From assembly GCA_918797485.1 (NCBI GenBank), contig CAKKNE010000003.1, positions 3,224,001-3,288,000 of the forward strand: DNA of 64,000 nucleotides. Direction: 5' to 3'. Below are positions 26,255-39,770 of the stretch, in pieces. Each line of letters opens with the position of its first letter. The first letter of the stretch is position 1. Source of the stretch: Pelagomonas calceolata. Lineage: Eukaryota. The translations under genes and the position numbers were made by a program. The notes under the pieces are model-generated. The model did not search any database. It worked only from the letters and a program-made list of their open reading frames with translations, and was not told where the DNA came from.

Positions 26255-26913
26255 TGTATGTATCTCTAGTTTCGCCCCCCTCGGCCGGCTTTTTGAGGCA
26301 GCACAGCACGGCGATTGGCGGCCCTGGCTGCGATTGCGGGGTCGGGGCCGCAGGACGGCACCTTCGTCGCAGCCCACGCGCGCGGGCTGCCCGTGGTTTT
26401 ATGGCGTGCTGAAATGCTCCTGGGGCGAAATCTCACGCAGAAATCGCAGCACTAGTTCGCGATGCGGCCAAGAAAAGCTGACCTGAAGCTCGGCCCTTGA
26501 CGAACCCATAACGAGCCTCGTGGGGTTCCGCGCTGAGCCGAGGCTGCCCGAGAAGGCAACAAAGCCAGTGGAACGCGCAGGGGCAGCTATTTGCACCAAT
26601 TCCGTCGCTGAGATCATGCTCGGCGTACCGCCCCGCGGTGCGACGTAACAGAATTCGCCAGATGGCATGCGCGAAAGACGACAATGGGTCGGGCACATGC
26701 GTGGGGTACTGCCGGACACTGCGGCCGCGTTCAAGCGCTCGAGAAGCTGGAGATAGTGTCGTCGCGGTGAACCAAAAGCTCGCGCGCCTCAAAATTTAGG
26801 GTCTCGAGGCACGTGCTAGGGTAAGGTCGAGGTCTGGTACGATTATCAACACCAAAGGGGCCCGGGAAGGTGTGGGGCGAAATCCCAAGCAGGGCGAAAT
26901 ACCAAGTTACATT
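26255..26913 (-). mobile_element. TIR non-autonomous element family R1, copy 1
   Basis: ~600 bp highly similar to the reverse complement of 45040-45807. Terminal motif GTAACTTGG...TTTCGCCC. Confidence 0.8.
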
Positions 26914-26942
26914 ACATACTAGTTGGGAATTTTTCTTGCTCG

Positions 26943-27173
26943 GATGATGATATAAGTTGAGTGTTTTTTTACACCACTTTTTTGATTTTAGAGGCCAATT
27001 AAGCCCTATTCGCTGCGCTCATAGGACAATCGGCCTCTAATAAAAAAAGATGATGAAAAAAAGATGGTAAGGACAATCTACATTTTGGGGTTCCCCCGCC
27101 CCGACCTTACCAAATGTAGATTTTAGAATTTTAAGATTTATATTTAATAAACCACTCAACTTATATCATCATC
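26943..27173. mobile_element. 231-bp AT-rich MITE
   Basis: Perfect 21-bp inverted repeat GATGATGATATAAGTTGAGTG (26943-26963) and its complement (27153-27173). Internal hairpins TAGAGGCC/GGCCTCTA and AATCTACATTT/AAATGTAGATT. Confidence 0.75.
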
Positions 27174-27643
27174 GTTGTCGCCCGAAGAGTCCCGGGGCAC
27201 GCGAAAACCCAGCAAGGCCCCGCCGCCAAGAGGCCCTGGGAGAAATGGTCAAAGTTTCTCCGAGTCCGAGTCAGACACATGGTGCCTCTTAGGCCCGGGC
27301 CCGGGCCAGGCGAAAACTTGACGATCAGTATCCCCCCCCCCCCTTGTATAGGAAGGGTGAATCTGGACGTTGGAAGCTACGTTTCCCCTTTAACCTACAT
27401 CCTAGTGGTGTATTGGGATTAGTCGTCGGCCGCCCTGCGCCGTCGAAGGTCGTATCGGAACGGGGAGGGAGCTACAGGAGAAGCCAAGCAGAAACCAGGC
27501 ACAGGTAGAGCCAGAGCCGCAGATCACCCGTCAGTATAAACGCGGCTAAGGCCCCAGCCGAATTTTTTTTTTCATTGCAACACTGGACCCGTCAATTCTT
27601 CTCCGCTGTCGTGCTAGCTGGTGCTATTTTGCAGCCAGGTGTT

Positions 27644-29013
27644 TTAAATGAGATCAGCAACATTCATGGGCATCTCCTCTATCTGTGTATTGTAGAAGGC
27701 CTCAATATCACGCATGTACCGAACATCGCCCGAAGTCAAGAAGTTGATTGCGACACCCTTTCGGCCAAAGCGGCCTGAACGACCTATTCTGTGAATGTAG
27801 TTCTCGCGATTAGTTGGAAGGTCGTAATTGATAACAAGTGAAACTTGCTGGACATCAATGCCGCGAGCGAGGAGATCTGTGGTTATTAGGACACGACTAG
27901 ACCCAGAACGGAACTCTCGCATGATTATGTCACGCTCTTTTTGATCCATATCGCCATGCATTGCCGAGACCGTAAAATCTTTTTGAGTCATGTTATCTGT
28001 GAGCCAGTCGACCTTGCGCCGGGTGTTGCAGTATATGATTGCCTGCGTGATGGTGAGTGTCTCGTAGAGATCACAGAGTGTGTCCAGCTTCCATTCTTCT
28101 CGTTCCACAGCTATGTAGAATTGCTTAATGCCTTCCAAGGTGAGCTCGTCTTTCTTTACAAGAATGCGGATAGGTTCCTGCATGAAGCGGCTAGTGATCT
28201 CGAGAACTTCTAACGGCATTGTTGCCGAGAAAAGGGCAACTCGAACCTGCTCAGGCAAGAACTTGAAGACGTCGTAAATTTGGTCTTTGAAGCCACGTGA
28301 AAGCATCTCATCAGCTTCGTCAAGAGCAAATATTTTTGTGTCAGCAAGGCGAAGAGCTCGGCGATTGATCATGTCGTACACGCGACCAGGGGTGCCAACA
28401 ACAACATGCACACCGTTCTGCAGTGTCCGTATGTCATCACGCACTGCAGTGCCGCCCACGCACGCATGAATCCGCACCGACATGAAGTCACCAAGGGCTA
28501 TCATGACCTTGACAATTTGTTGCGCGAGTTCACGAGTAGGCGCTAGCACTAGAGCTTGGCACTCAGCTAGACCATTATCTACCTGCTGCAAAATACCAAT
28601 GGAGAAAGTGGCAGTCTTGCCTGTCCCAGACTGTGCTTGTGCGATAACATCGCGCCCCATTAACATGGGCTTGATCGCCTGAGGAGAAAAAAAAGACTCT
28701 GGGGACAGTCGCGATCAGCAAGACACGGGTCCTACCCGCTGCTGGATTGCAGATGGTTTCTCAAATCCGTACCTACATGATGAGGCATGTGACGACAACA
28801 CTCATTTGGAATCGTAACAATGTTGGTACGCATAAATGCCACGGAGCAGCTCCTCGCGCAACTCCATGTTGTCGAACGTTTCTATGGCCTCGTCCCAATT
28901 GGTATCGATTTCCTCGTCCTACGAACGAGCATGATAATGATCTGACAGATTGTCGAAAACTTGACCTTCACGGGAACTGGTGCATCTTCTCGCGGTTCAG
29001 GGGGAGTCTCCAT
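27644..29013 (-). CDS. EIF4A: Translation initiation factor eIF4A (DEAD-box helicase); 4 exons
   Basis: [41 protein letters not shown] and [13 protein letters not shown]. Confidence 0.97.
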
Positions 29014-30019
29014 GGCGATTATGCGATTATCGCCAGCCTTACTACTAGCGTATGCCTAACAGCTCATCTACCAGCAACGCCCAGTCGATTTTCGATCGGG
29101 CTCCGGACCTGTGTCACCAGTCATGCGGTAGAACCTCCAAATACGCCTATCGTGCCCCTACCAAGACAAGTCGTTCACTCACTCAGGCTGGCCAGCAGCT
29201 CAGGCTCCACTCGTCACGGTACGTCGTCCGGGGGTTGGATGGGGGTTGATGGGGGGTATTTCCCGAGGAGATTGTGGCTGCTGGGGGAGGTTGGAGGTTG
29301 ATGTATCTCTAACTTACCCAGGGACCGCGAGAAGCAACATCCGGCTGACTGAAGAAGCAGTGTGTTGGCTGCGTGGAACTACGGCCATATATTAGTCTAG
29401 CTTTCAGGGCACGACTTCTTTGGTCGTGGCTATTTGCTCAACCAAGAAATTTTATAGTTGCGTTTTTGCCGACCTAAGTCCATTCAATTCATTCAATCAG
29501 GAATGCGCTCACTTACCCTCAGGGTGAATGGTTCACCCTCGTCGAAAATGAGAGGCCGCCGATTATCAACCGCCGACTCTTCACATTCACGGTCTGTGCG
29601 ACCACGTTCTAGGGTGGATGTTCCATAGCTAGACCAACCGTCAAACACGCCCACTGTGCCTATGTGCACAAAAGTCAACACTTGCTGATATTGCTAAGAG
29701 CTAAGAGAATTTACCAATCGAGCGAACAATAATGCAATGCACTCGACTTACAGTCTCATCAGCAACAACCTACAGTCTTTTATGTCACAAAATTCCGAGT
29801 CTAATCATAACATCGAGTAAGAACAATATCATTGTAACGTGAGCGTCCAACAAATAGAAGGCCACCGAAGGCAGAGCCTGCCACAGCAATTTTGAAGCTA
29901 AAAAATCCTTGACGTGTTTTCACAAACTCTAGTAAAATTGACTTTGAATAAGGTTGCTCTCATTATCAAGTAGTGCATCAACGTTATAAGCAAAGGCCTG
30001 AAGAATATACGGACTAGAA

Positions 30020-30433
30020 GTAATAGTAGGTGCTCGTCGTACTCACCGTGTGTGTTAGTGGCTTTCGTAAAACATGCCTGGAGAATAATTGTTGGAGTGT
30101 CACTGAGGTATCTTGAAGTACGCAGAAGTGTGCTGCAACTGTCCCAGAAACGCCCAGCGTCGCTCCTCCCATCGCTGCTGCTGAGCGTCAGTTGCTGCGA
30201 AGACTTCCGTTTGGTACCACTGGCGTAATTCCTCCATACTTTTGTGGCTTCCTTCTGCATTCTCGCCATCAAGCGCCGCAGATATAGCCAAAGACACTGA
30301 CTGTAGCTGGTCTGATAGACCATCTAAGTCAGATGGAGTTGCCTCCGCTGTACGGCGCCTAGGAAAGTTAGATGGATAGCGCCGTGTTCGCGATGGCTAC
30401 GAACCGCTTTGATCTAACGCCATCCACATCCAT
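30020..30433 (-). CDS. Possible small spliced hypothetical protein
   Basis: Helical open frame LDGLSDQLQSVSLAISAALDG...EELRQWYQTEVF...RWEERRW, flanked by plausible GT-AG introns. No recognisable family; both ends are approximate. Confidence 0.35.
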
Positions 30434-31074
30434 TTACAACGCCTCGCAGTCCAAGAAGGAAATTTGCGACATGTGCGCACCAGTTTTAGTCTCTCGCGCT
30501 GCACTCGATGAGCCTAGCAGTACTCTGTGAAAACAGATGGGTCAGGGCTCCGCAGCATCCGGTTATCGCGGAGCCCCTCACGTCACGGTCACAGTGAGCC
30601 CGCGGCGTCGTTCCCGGCCCCGGCCACTGGTCAAAGTGGCCCGGCCTTTGTGGCTCATCTCTTGAGTGCGGCCAGTGCGCCGAATTGCCATTTGGTCATC
30701 AAAAGGGCCCCGCCGGGGTAAATCGGTATTCTTGTTGCTTACTAATCGGCCCTGGTGCCCCTACTGTTAAAAGTACTCTGTCGGGGCAACTAGCCTGAGT
30801 ATCGGAAATGTCCCTGCTACCTGGTATGGAAGGCCCGTAGAAGGCCCGGGGGCGGCGGCAGGCCCGGGCCCCGATGAAGACCTGAAGAACCTCACTAGGA
30901 GGGTGGATCTACCACGCCGGAGCACGGACCGAGCGAGGAACCTAGGGTACCTTCAGCGTGGAAAATCCGTACCTTAGTGTAAATGGAGCTTTTCCGAGCG
31001 ACCAAGCGGTCCAAGCCGGTGGGATATTTGTCCAGTATGTCCCTCCGAGGCTCCGACGCAGTTTCTGTCGTGAA

Positions 31075-31152
31075 GTCCGTGACGCAATCCGCAAACGCGT
31101 CCGCCGAGCGCAAGTTGTCGACGGATTCGTTTACAGTCAAATCCTCATTGCA
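31075..31152. repeat. Dispersed repeat family R3, inverted copy at 38875-38935
   Basis: ATGAGGATTTGACTGTAAACGAAT.CG.CGAC...TGCGCTC.GCGGACGCGTTTGC is shared. Confidence 0.75.
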
Positions 31153-31554
31153 GCCCAAAAATGCTTTTGGCCAGCCATTCGCGGGGCGTGGATTAGCCTT
31201 AAATGATCAAGCTACGCCCCGGAGAGCAACGCTGTTCATCAGCGCCGCCGCGCGACCCGTGCCCGTGCCTGAGAATGAAGCTCAAGTACGGAGAGGACAA
31301 CTTCTGCTAGACCATGTGCTGGTGCTGGTGCTGGTGCTGGTGCAAGCGTCGCCGATATCTCTCTACGCCAGTAGGCAATCCGTGGCAGAAGGGCAAAAAA
31401 AACCTTAGATCTTCGAGTTGTGTTGGTTTAGACTTCAAGTTCTTCAAGTTCAAGTTCTTTTAAGGTAGGAATATCGTTATAGGAATAGAAGTCTTGTCAA
31501 GCACCACATTCACTATGTACGGTTCACAAACAAGAAATTAAAAAGCATTGTCTG

Positions 31555-33707
31555 CTATCTCTGTTTCGTCATCATTATTTTTACAAAAGCCTGGTAATCT
31601 ATATGTCCGTCTGAGACACCAAATGTATCTACTAATTCATCTAACTTGCCGCCAAAAAACTCAGGTATGGCTGTCTTCCCCTCAACGGCTGCGGAAGGTA
31701 TGAGTGCGTTCATCATTTGCCAGAGGAGTTCTGACTCAACCCAACCATGGCCTGCAGGGTCAAGAAGCTTGAAGGCCTCAAGAAACATTGCAGAAAACTC
31801 AGCCTGGGCCATCAAGGCAAGGAAGTCATCAAGGTTTAAATTTGTATTTCCCTCTATTTCCGGATTGGCCTTGTTTATCATATTTGCCAATTCCAGAGCA
31901 TTAGGGTGTCTTCCAACAGCGACCATAAGTGAGGCGAGATCGGAAACAGATATTGAGCCGTCGCCATCACGATCAAGTAGAGCAAATGTTTGCTTGAACT
32001 CCTGGCGCTGGTAGTTGGTGAGCTGCGTAACGAGCCTTTTGCGGTATAAAATTTCGGCGGCGTCGCCCCATTTGGGTGAACGAGCTGCAGCTTGATCAAA
32101 TGCCCGAATCACGCTGCGCAACAGCCGAAGCCGCTGCATGACCGGCAGCGGCATGGTGGTATTCTCGAAGTATGCAGATCCTGCTTTCGGTGGCGCAGAA
32201 GATACATTTCCGATGGATGGATGGCCTAATGGAGACCTGCTCTCAAGAATGTCATCCGACTCAAGCATCGGCCCTTTTCGCTCGTAGCCCCAGAGCACGC
32301 CCTCTGAGGAGAGCTCAAGCAAATCTACGAGTGAATCAAAAGTTGTATCCTCACCCCAGATCCGCCGATCCGCTCTGGCTAGTGCAGAACGGTCGATGAT
32401 GAGAGCAATCGCATTAGTAGCGGCTACAATTGATGCCGCACGAGGCTCGTTGGTGACAAGGGCCCGTTCCCCAAAATACGCCCCAGCAACTAGGGTATTT
32501 GTCCTCCCCCCAAAAGCCGTCCGTGTCGGATCAGGCGAAAACCCAGGCATGCGACTAGAACTGGCCAGATTAGATAGCTGAAAGACATCACATTCGCCGT
32601 CTAGAAGCACAAAAAATCTCCGGCCTATAGTTTTTGATGTGCGTGCTAGAATAAGACATGCAATTTATATTTTACAACTCCACTCTGCTTGTTGCCGATG
32701 TCGCCTTCGAAGATAAGAACGTCCCCTGCCTCGTAGGTAGCGATTCTACTCTCCTTCAAGACAGTCCCCAATTGAGCTTCATTTAACTTTGCTAGTAAGG
32801 GAACTCGCGCCATTATTTTCCCTGCAACGATCAATTTGAAATTTGCTATTGATCCTGCACCTAGTTTTTCTGTGCTCATAGCTTTCAACTTTGTTTGTGC
32901 TTTCGGTGGTAGGCCAACAAGATCTGTGCGGTCACGCGCCCGCAATTTACTTGGTCGATCTGGAAGCTCAGTGCTGGCAATAAAGCCTGTTTTTAAATCT
33001 AAATACGCTTTATACAATCACATATCACTCTGCCTTGAGCCCCCTTTCCCCTGTTTCAAGGCGTCTTGGGCATACCAATTCTGCCATTTTTCGAGCTTCT
33101 CACGAAGCAGTTCGATTTTGCGAGGGCCGCAGGGAAACGTCTCAACTCGTTTGCCCCCGGCATAGAATTGCACCAATGGCAAGACATTTACCTCTAGTCC
33201 TTGCAAGAATGTCACTCCCCCATCCCGCCCTACAGAATGAAGAAGTGTCAGCAGCAAGTATAAGAGTAGCGGGCGTGCGTGAGTGGACGGACACAAATGA
33301 AACCCGTTATCGCCTTGTGAGACATCTCATAGAACACAACGCGTTTGTTACTATACTCCATTGCAAGCCGTTTGTATTTGGGTTCAAGTCCTCTGCACGC
33401 ACGGCACCAGGGAGCATAAAATTTAATTACCTAGTATGCAAACATTCGACGAGCTGATTATCGCCGTATGAAAAAAAAGAAGCACCACCAGATCTTGTGT
33501 GTTGCCCCCCTCGCGTTCACGTGTTGCTGACACGAAAGATTTCTTGTCCAATAGCGGATGCACAAATAGTTTTGCGGGGCCATTTGAATCACAAGCCCGA
33601 ATCACGGCACGCCGGTTATCATGATTTCTGGAGAATGCGAAACTCCCTCGACCACCAAATAGAGCAGCCGCGAGGGCCCATATCTTAGTGTTAAATGCTC
33701 GCGCCAT
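31555..33707 (-). CDS. Thioredoxin (WCRAC) + cyclic-nucleotide-binding domain + calmodulin-like EF-hand fusion, probable bipartite plastid-targeting signal; ~5 exons
   Basis: VV|VIKFYAPWCRACRGLEPKYKRLA, VNVLPLVQFY...FPCGP, IFEGDIG|RRFFVLLDGEC, YFGERALVTNEPRAASI, EF loops DRDGDGSISVSDL and DPAGHGWVESELL. N-terminus MARAFNTKIWALAAALFGGRGSFA-F. Confidence 0.8.
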
Positions 33708-34399
33708 GTTTTATCATTACGCCCGAAGCCAGCCTGGCGCATAATAGTAGTAGGCGGGTTTGCTCCCGCTGCCGGACACCGAAACCCAGGGGCATTTGTT
33801 ACGTGTAGCAAATGTACACGAGCTAAGGATCGAAAAAGAAACGGGCTGCGAACTAGACTAGGTCTACGCAATATGTGTATGACGGGCCCGCGGGGCCGGA
33901 ACCCAAATTGGTGAATTGATGGCCTGAGTGTCGAAACTTGGCCCGTTGGGCCCCAGGGGCATCCTAAGCACACAGCGACACTAGCTTGCCACGGAGGCGC
34001 CCCCCTTGAGATGTGGTGAGGTCCACAAAATGGCCTAACGTGCGGGTTTTCCACAGGCGCCGCGGCCGCGGCCCTGGCCCACCCGCCTGCGAATACTTGT
34101 GTCTTTGACACTAGGGTGTCCCTGCGAGACCCCCGGCACGGGTTTTGCAGGCGGGTGGGCGCTGGCCGGCTACGGATACCGGTAAAAGTGCACTTATGGT
34201 ATGTGTAAGTTTACCTTTTCCGAGCGTGTTTTTGGAGGATATGTCCCCAGTGCGCGGCCTTCGCGCGGCTTCGAGGCGCCGGGGCGCTGCCGGGGGTCCC
34301 CCCGGATGGGCGCGCAACCGAAGCCGCGCAAAACGCTGCCCACGCAGCCCATCATGCCCTCAAACGGCGCACGGTCCCCTGCGACGTCAGTTCCCTGGC

Positions 34400-35980
34400 G
34401 CTATGGCAATGTGATGCTGCCTACGACTGCCTCGGATGCCCGGCGGCCTTCGCCTCGACGAATCTCTAGCAGTTGTTTGCTCATGCGTGGCGCCGCCGTT
34501 CGCCGACGCCGTCTGCCGCACGTCTTCGGCCAACTCCAGGACGCACGCGGCGCCACTTCAGCACTCGATCGGCGGTACTCGGAGCCACGCCTAGCCGACG
34601 TAATTCGACTCGAGGCGTATCCTGTGGATGTGTGCGTAGATGCTGAGCGCAGGGGTTGGAAAGCCCGTCGAGTGCGCGAACCGCTTCTGTCAGACCGACA
34701 TCAGCGCGCATACGACACCAGTGTCTAGGAGGTCGTCTTCTACCAGTCTGGCGTGCGACGCGTCGCAGAGACAGCTGCTTCGGCACTGCGCCGCCGCAGC
34801 GCAGCGGCCGCGCCGTCCACGCGTGTTGTGAAATGTAACGTTTTCTAGTCTCAAGTCGTAGCCTCGGCCGCACTAGGGCCTAATCCCAGTCGGGGTCGCC
34901 GCCTTCTCCTAGGAGTCCCAGTAGCCCCATGTGCCGGACTGTACCGCCGCGGCCGGGCTCGGCCGGCGCCCCGGCAGACCTGTACCCCTTGCTTGAGGGT
35001 CAAGGCACCTCCCTGTCCTGGCGTCCGGCGCCGCTGACGATCGTCGGTGCGCATCTTTCGTACGGTGCCGACGCGGGTAGGGCCCTGCCGGCGCCCCCGG
35101 ATGATGCCAAAGTGTACTAGAGGGTGCGCATCCTTGCGCTTATCAGGCCATAGATAAGTTCCTTCTTTTCTTACCTTTCCTTTCCCCCCCCCTCTTTTTT
35201 TTTTTTCGGGTTACCAGCGGTCCCACGGTACTTTACAAGGACAAAAAATGAACGACAGACCAGGCGACTAGGCTGGGGCAGCCTGCTGTCCCGCTCCAAC
35301 CGATGCAAGCGTACTTGCGGGGCCGCAGCGGCGGCCGGCGGTGGCCATTTCTCTCAGCACTCCGTCAACTCCCACCTCAAGGGCAGGCCTCCGGAGAGAT
35401 CGGACCGAGAGCCCTAGGAAACGGCGGGTTCCCTGGGTTTACGAATCCGACGCGGGAGGGGGCGTGCGTGCGCGCCGTCGCGGTGGAATGGGGCATCGGC
35501 GTTCTCTCGACGGCGGGCCAGCAGCCCCCTGCACGGCTTCGCGAGGTTGCTTTGGCATCTAGCGCTCTGGATAACTTGGACGCGCACCAGATCCATCACG
35601 GCGCCATCGATTTAATTCTGACATCTTGGCTCTGAAATTGTTCCCCACGTACGGCGTACCGGGGCCTCGGTGGCCAAAGCCTTCCTCGCGCACTTCTCCT
35701 CGGACCTCGCGGTGGACCTCGACAAGGCTCGCGACGCCACGCAGCGGCGCACACCACCTGCGCCGACTAGACCTGCAACTCTCGGTCCCCAAACACCCAT
35801 GTACACCTCCGCCCGCCTCCTACTGCACTGTGCCGCCAGACCAGCGCCTGCCAGGCTTCCCGCTGCCGCCTGGCAAGAAGTTCAAGAAGCGAAGGAAGGC
35901 CTAAGGGAGTTACTTTGTTTCGTTTGTGCCGTGCCCGCGCGTAGCCGCGCAGACTTCGGCTTGGCGCACGCTGTCTAGCG
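34400..35980. pseudogene. GC-rich decayed coding-like/TE-derived sequence
   Basis: Codon-like GC-rich frames broken by TGA/TAG. No intact domain recognised. Confidence 0.25.
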
Positions 35981-36072
35981 CGTACCGGGCATGGGACGAC
36001 CCGTCCTGGTGATGACGGCGGCGTTAATATTAGCTTTTTTTAGCGTTTTATGGCTGTTTTATTGCTAGGGTA

Positions 36073-36253
36073 TGCGATAAATAGGGCGAAATACCCCCCC
36101 CTATCCTATACCCTTCCTATACACTTACATCACCCTTCAACACGCAACGCGCAATAGGATGGGAAGTAGCCTAGGCGGGTAATACAAGTACGGGTTGTGC
36201 TTGGATACGTCTCAGTTGAACCTTGATCCTACTAGACGTGTATTTCCATTGCA
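36073..36253. repeat. Dispersed repeat family A, footprint-free (ancestral-like) copy
   Basis: Paralog of 23623-23779. A diverged third fragment lies at ~17950-17990. Confidence 0.85.
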
Positions 36254-37510
36254 AGCAATAATGGTATCGAGACAGACTCGGACTCGGATATTTACACTAG
36301 AAAAATGCTATACTTCTTGGGTTGCAACTGGCAAAAGTTACCCAAGTTGATTAAGTACTTCAAGGAACATTCTGTCGGTGCACGTAAAGCAAAGATATCA
36401 GAGGACTACGTCGCAATCTGCAAACCTGGTCAAAACTTCATATCGACCATAGAAAAATGTCACTGGCAGTCTTCCCCACACGGTTATGCCCTCAGAAGAG
36501 GCGTACTTTGGAGGACCACGTTTGCTATAGAATGTGTACGGTGTCCCTGATGAAAAAGCACCGCGACTCGTGACGTTTTGGGATCAGTGACCTGGGCAAA
36601 TTTGACACGTTTTGGTGCAAATGGGGCATAAAATGGTCCCAAATCCGCCCCCTGGCCGGGGCTTCGCCCCTGTGGCCGGGGCTCCGGACGCCCCGGCCGG
36701 CCCTTCGGGCCGGAAAAAACTTTCTGGCGTAGCCCACAGCACGAAAAGTTTGCCGCTAGCAACCCCCCTTGCGAAAAAGCCGGTAATTTCGGATCGATTA
36801 AGACTCGTTCAGTACCTGGCGTCCCCCCCCCCTACGTGGAGCTGGTGACTGGCCACGGGAGTTTTAGACTTTGACCCGTGGCCCGCCTACGTGTCGGGCG
36901 GGGAGTCGTGAGACTTCGACCCGCGCCAGACGGCGCTCGACCCACACAGGGTGGAACGGAACTTGGGAATAGATGGATGCCCCACAGCTAACGGCATTCC
37001 CGCGAGCTCCAACCCGCCAAGGGTTGCGCCAGGCGCGAGCTTTCGCTTCGAACACCCGAGCGCCGCCCTGGGTGAGACCGGCACGGCCAAGGGACCTCGA
37101 GCCCCCGGGCTAGAGCCGATCGCAGGCAAGTGAGGCGAGTAGGTCTGCCAGTGACCCCTCGACTCAGAAAGCCTGAGTATGATGGCCCCTTCAAGTTGGC
37201 CCTGGTGCAACGTATATCCAACTCAGAGTCACGTTGGTACGAGTCAGAGTGCCCACCGGACCACTACCCGGCGGGTCACGGTCCGAGTCTGCTAGGGGCC
37301 AACTTGAAACCACCGTGAGCATGACTCGGACCGGGAGCATGACCGCGTACAGTGCTTTCACTGCACAGGGCGCTCGTCTGGACACCTGCCCAGAGTCGGC
37401 ATTTGGTAGAATTGGCCGATGTATGAAATATTATAGGTAGAGTACAATACAATACGTATATCATGAGATATCAATTTGTATCAATTTGTCCCATTAAATA
37501 TATCTTGGAC

Positions 37511-38593
37511 ATGGAGCTGCAAAGTTTCCCCTCTCAGGACAATCATCAAACAGAAGCATTGGAACAAATCTATGAAGAGATACAACGAGAAATTGAAGGC
37601 CTCAAGCTGGAAAATGATATCTTACGCAACTACAAGAGTCGGCTAAAAGCTCCTGGGGGGCTCGACTGTTGTGCGCTACCCGCCGAAGGCGAAAAGGTTT
37701 GATATCGGAAGTTTTGCATATTACTTATATCCCCCTAGGTTACGCACCAACGGCAATTGCCTCTGAAGCTGATGATAGAGCAGAAGTGCGAGATTGCCAT
37801 CAAAGAGCAAGAACGGGTTAGCCAGCAGTCTGGGGAACACAGGAAGGCAGCAGAAACCCTCGCTGACACTTTGCGCACCGTGTTAGAAGAGACAGATATC
37901 CGCATCTCAGATCTGAAGAAAGATGCTTACGAGTTTAAGCGTGACATTGTCGTCGGAGCTGAAAGCATGCGGACCGGCAAGACTTTGGCTGAAAAGACAA
38001 CGCGGTATATGGAAGAAAAGCTACAAAAGAGAGACGGTGTGATCGGGAAACTTCGACTGAAAAATTCTACAATCAAGACACACTTGTACAAAGTTGAATT
38101 ACAAATGAAGCAAAAAGAACAGACCGGTGATGCTCTCCATTATATTGACTTTCATCAACTCCAGATAGAAAACAAACAATACCAAGCACGAATCGAAGAT
38201 CGCAATGAGCAGCTTCTTCGCCTAAAGATGACTACTAGCAAGACAGTTCAGGCGCTTAATCGGCTTAAGAAAACGCTTAACACATTGTCTGCTGAGTCTG
38301 GCTGGCTGAAGCTTGAGATAATTGCCCGGACCAAACAACTGTGCAAGGTCAGTGATGAAAGAAACACCGTGAATCTGGATGTTGCAAGCGAGCGAAATAG
38401 TAAAAACCTGCGCAGTGACAAGGTCGAGCCGAGTGGCTTGCCTTCCACGCTGGACTACGTTAGTCAAAAAGCCCATATGTATGATCTCCAAGCAACGCTC
38501 TGCGACTGGGGACGAAAAACGGAAATCATAGACATGGCTGCCTGTAATTCTCAAAATGTTGCTCGGAAGCTGGCCTGCAGGAAGCTCGCGTAG
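37511..38593 (+). CDS. CCDC113: Coiled-coil ciliary protein CCDC113/CFAP263 (DUF4201)
   Basis: LEETDIRISDLKKDAYEFKRDIV, KLRLKN and GDALHYIDFHQLQIENKQY. Intron 37697-37738. Confidence 0.88.
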
Positions 38594-39129
38594 GTTTGGC
38601 CGCTTTATATCCGCCCCGCACGCAAGTCTGTTCCCAGGCAGGATGAATAGATTGACAGAAGCAGTTCTTTACCCTTACCGCAGCGAAGTCACGCTGGGGT
38701 CCTCCTCGGAGTGAGTCTGGATGTCACTAGCCCCAACAACCTCTTACGGAAACGCGACCTTCGCAGGCCACTAAAACTCTCAAACCCAATAGTTCGCTTA
38801 CCCGTTTCAGTCACCTCCTCAATTTGCCGCCGTACCACGATCTACGGATGGCTGACCAGAAGGATTTTGCGCCGCGATGAGGATTTGACTGTAAACGAAT
38901 GCGGCGACGGTGTGCGCTCTGCGGACGCGTTTGCAAGTGCGGGGGGTATATTGTGCGTATACGCCATTGCCACGGACTCTTGATCGCTCGGAGATGCTCT
39001 ATTTGCACTAAGATGCGGTTTTTTCCTCTGGGGGCCCGCGCGGGACGGTCTGGCACTTTTTTCATTTGGGGTCTGGCCGTTTATCTGCTGGATGGTGGGG
39101 TCGTACGACTCCTGAAGGCACGGGGGGTG

Positions 39130-39606
39130 ACACCATTGAACCCCAAATTTGCCGTATCTCTATCACTAGACGTCTGGTGTTCCGGCAAATTGAGCCAGAG
39201 GGGCCTATATACCCCTCTAGGACGTGACCGAAACAGGTAACCGAAACGATTAGGTTTGGAAATTTTAGTGGCCTGCGAAGGTCGCACCAGTGGCGTTTCG
39301 TGCCGGGTCAGGCGACCTATCTGGCAGCCCATCGGGTACCCGGCCGCGCCTACGCATCCACCCCACGCCATAGGTACCCGAGGGCCCCTGGGAGACCAAA
39401 ATCCTAGCATAGAGTTTTGATTTTTCAGTCCAGAGGCCCCTGAAATACCTGCACGTTAGGCCCCAGACGGGCAACTTCGCGACCGCGTCTCGCCGCGAAA
39501 GTGACCCCTTCCCCCCACCCCGGTCACGGGGCGTACAAAGGGACCCTTTGGGACCCCGTAGCCAAAATCGCCGGCGCATAAGTGGCTGGGAACTCGAATC
39601 TCAAAT
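39130..39606. mobile_element. Decayed element family R2, copy 2
   Basis: Collinear similarity to 4430-5256. Confidence 0.6.
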
Positions 39607-39680
39607 TAGGGGACACCCCCCACTTCACCCCCCGTCTGAAGGCTCAGGCCAAGGGGCTTGTAGAGCTGCTAGCCTGAGTA

Positions 39681-39770
39681 GGTTGCAACTTACCCGCAAA
39701 TGGCCCGTTAGTTACCCGGGTTAGGGACCCCCGCCGTGCCAGGGAATAACCCCTCGGGTCATTTGCAACC
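39681..39770. mobile_element. 90-bp MITE with GGTTGCAA TIRs and TA flanks
   Basis: TA|GGTTGCAA.T.ACCC...GGGTCATTTGCAACC|TA. Related ends at ~18075-18169 and 58869-58883. Confidence 0.7.
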
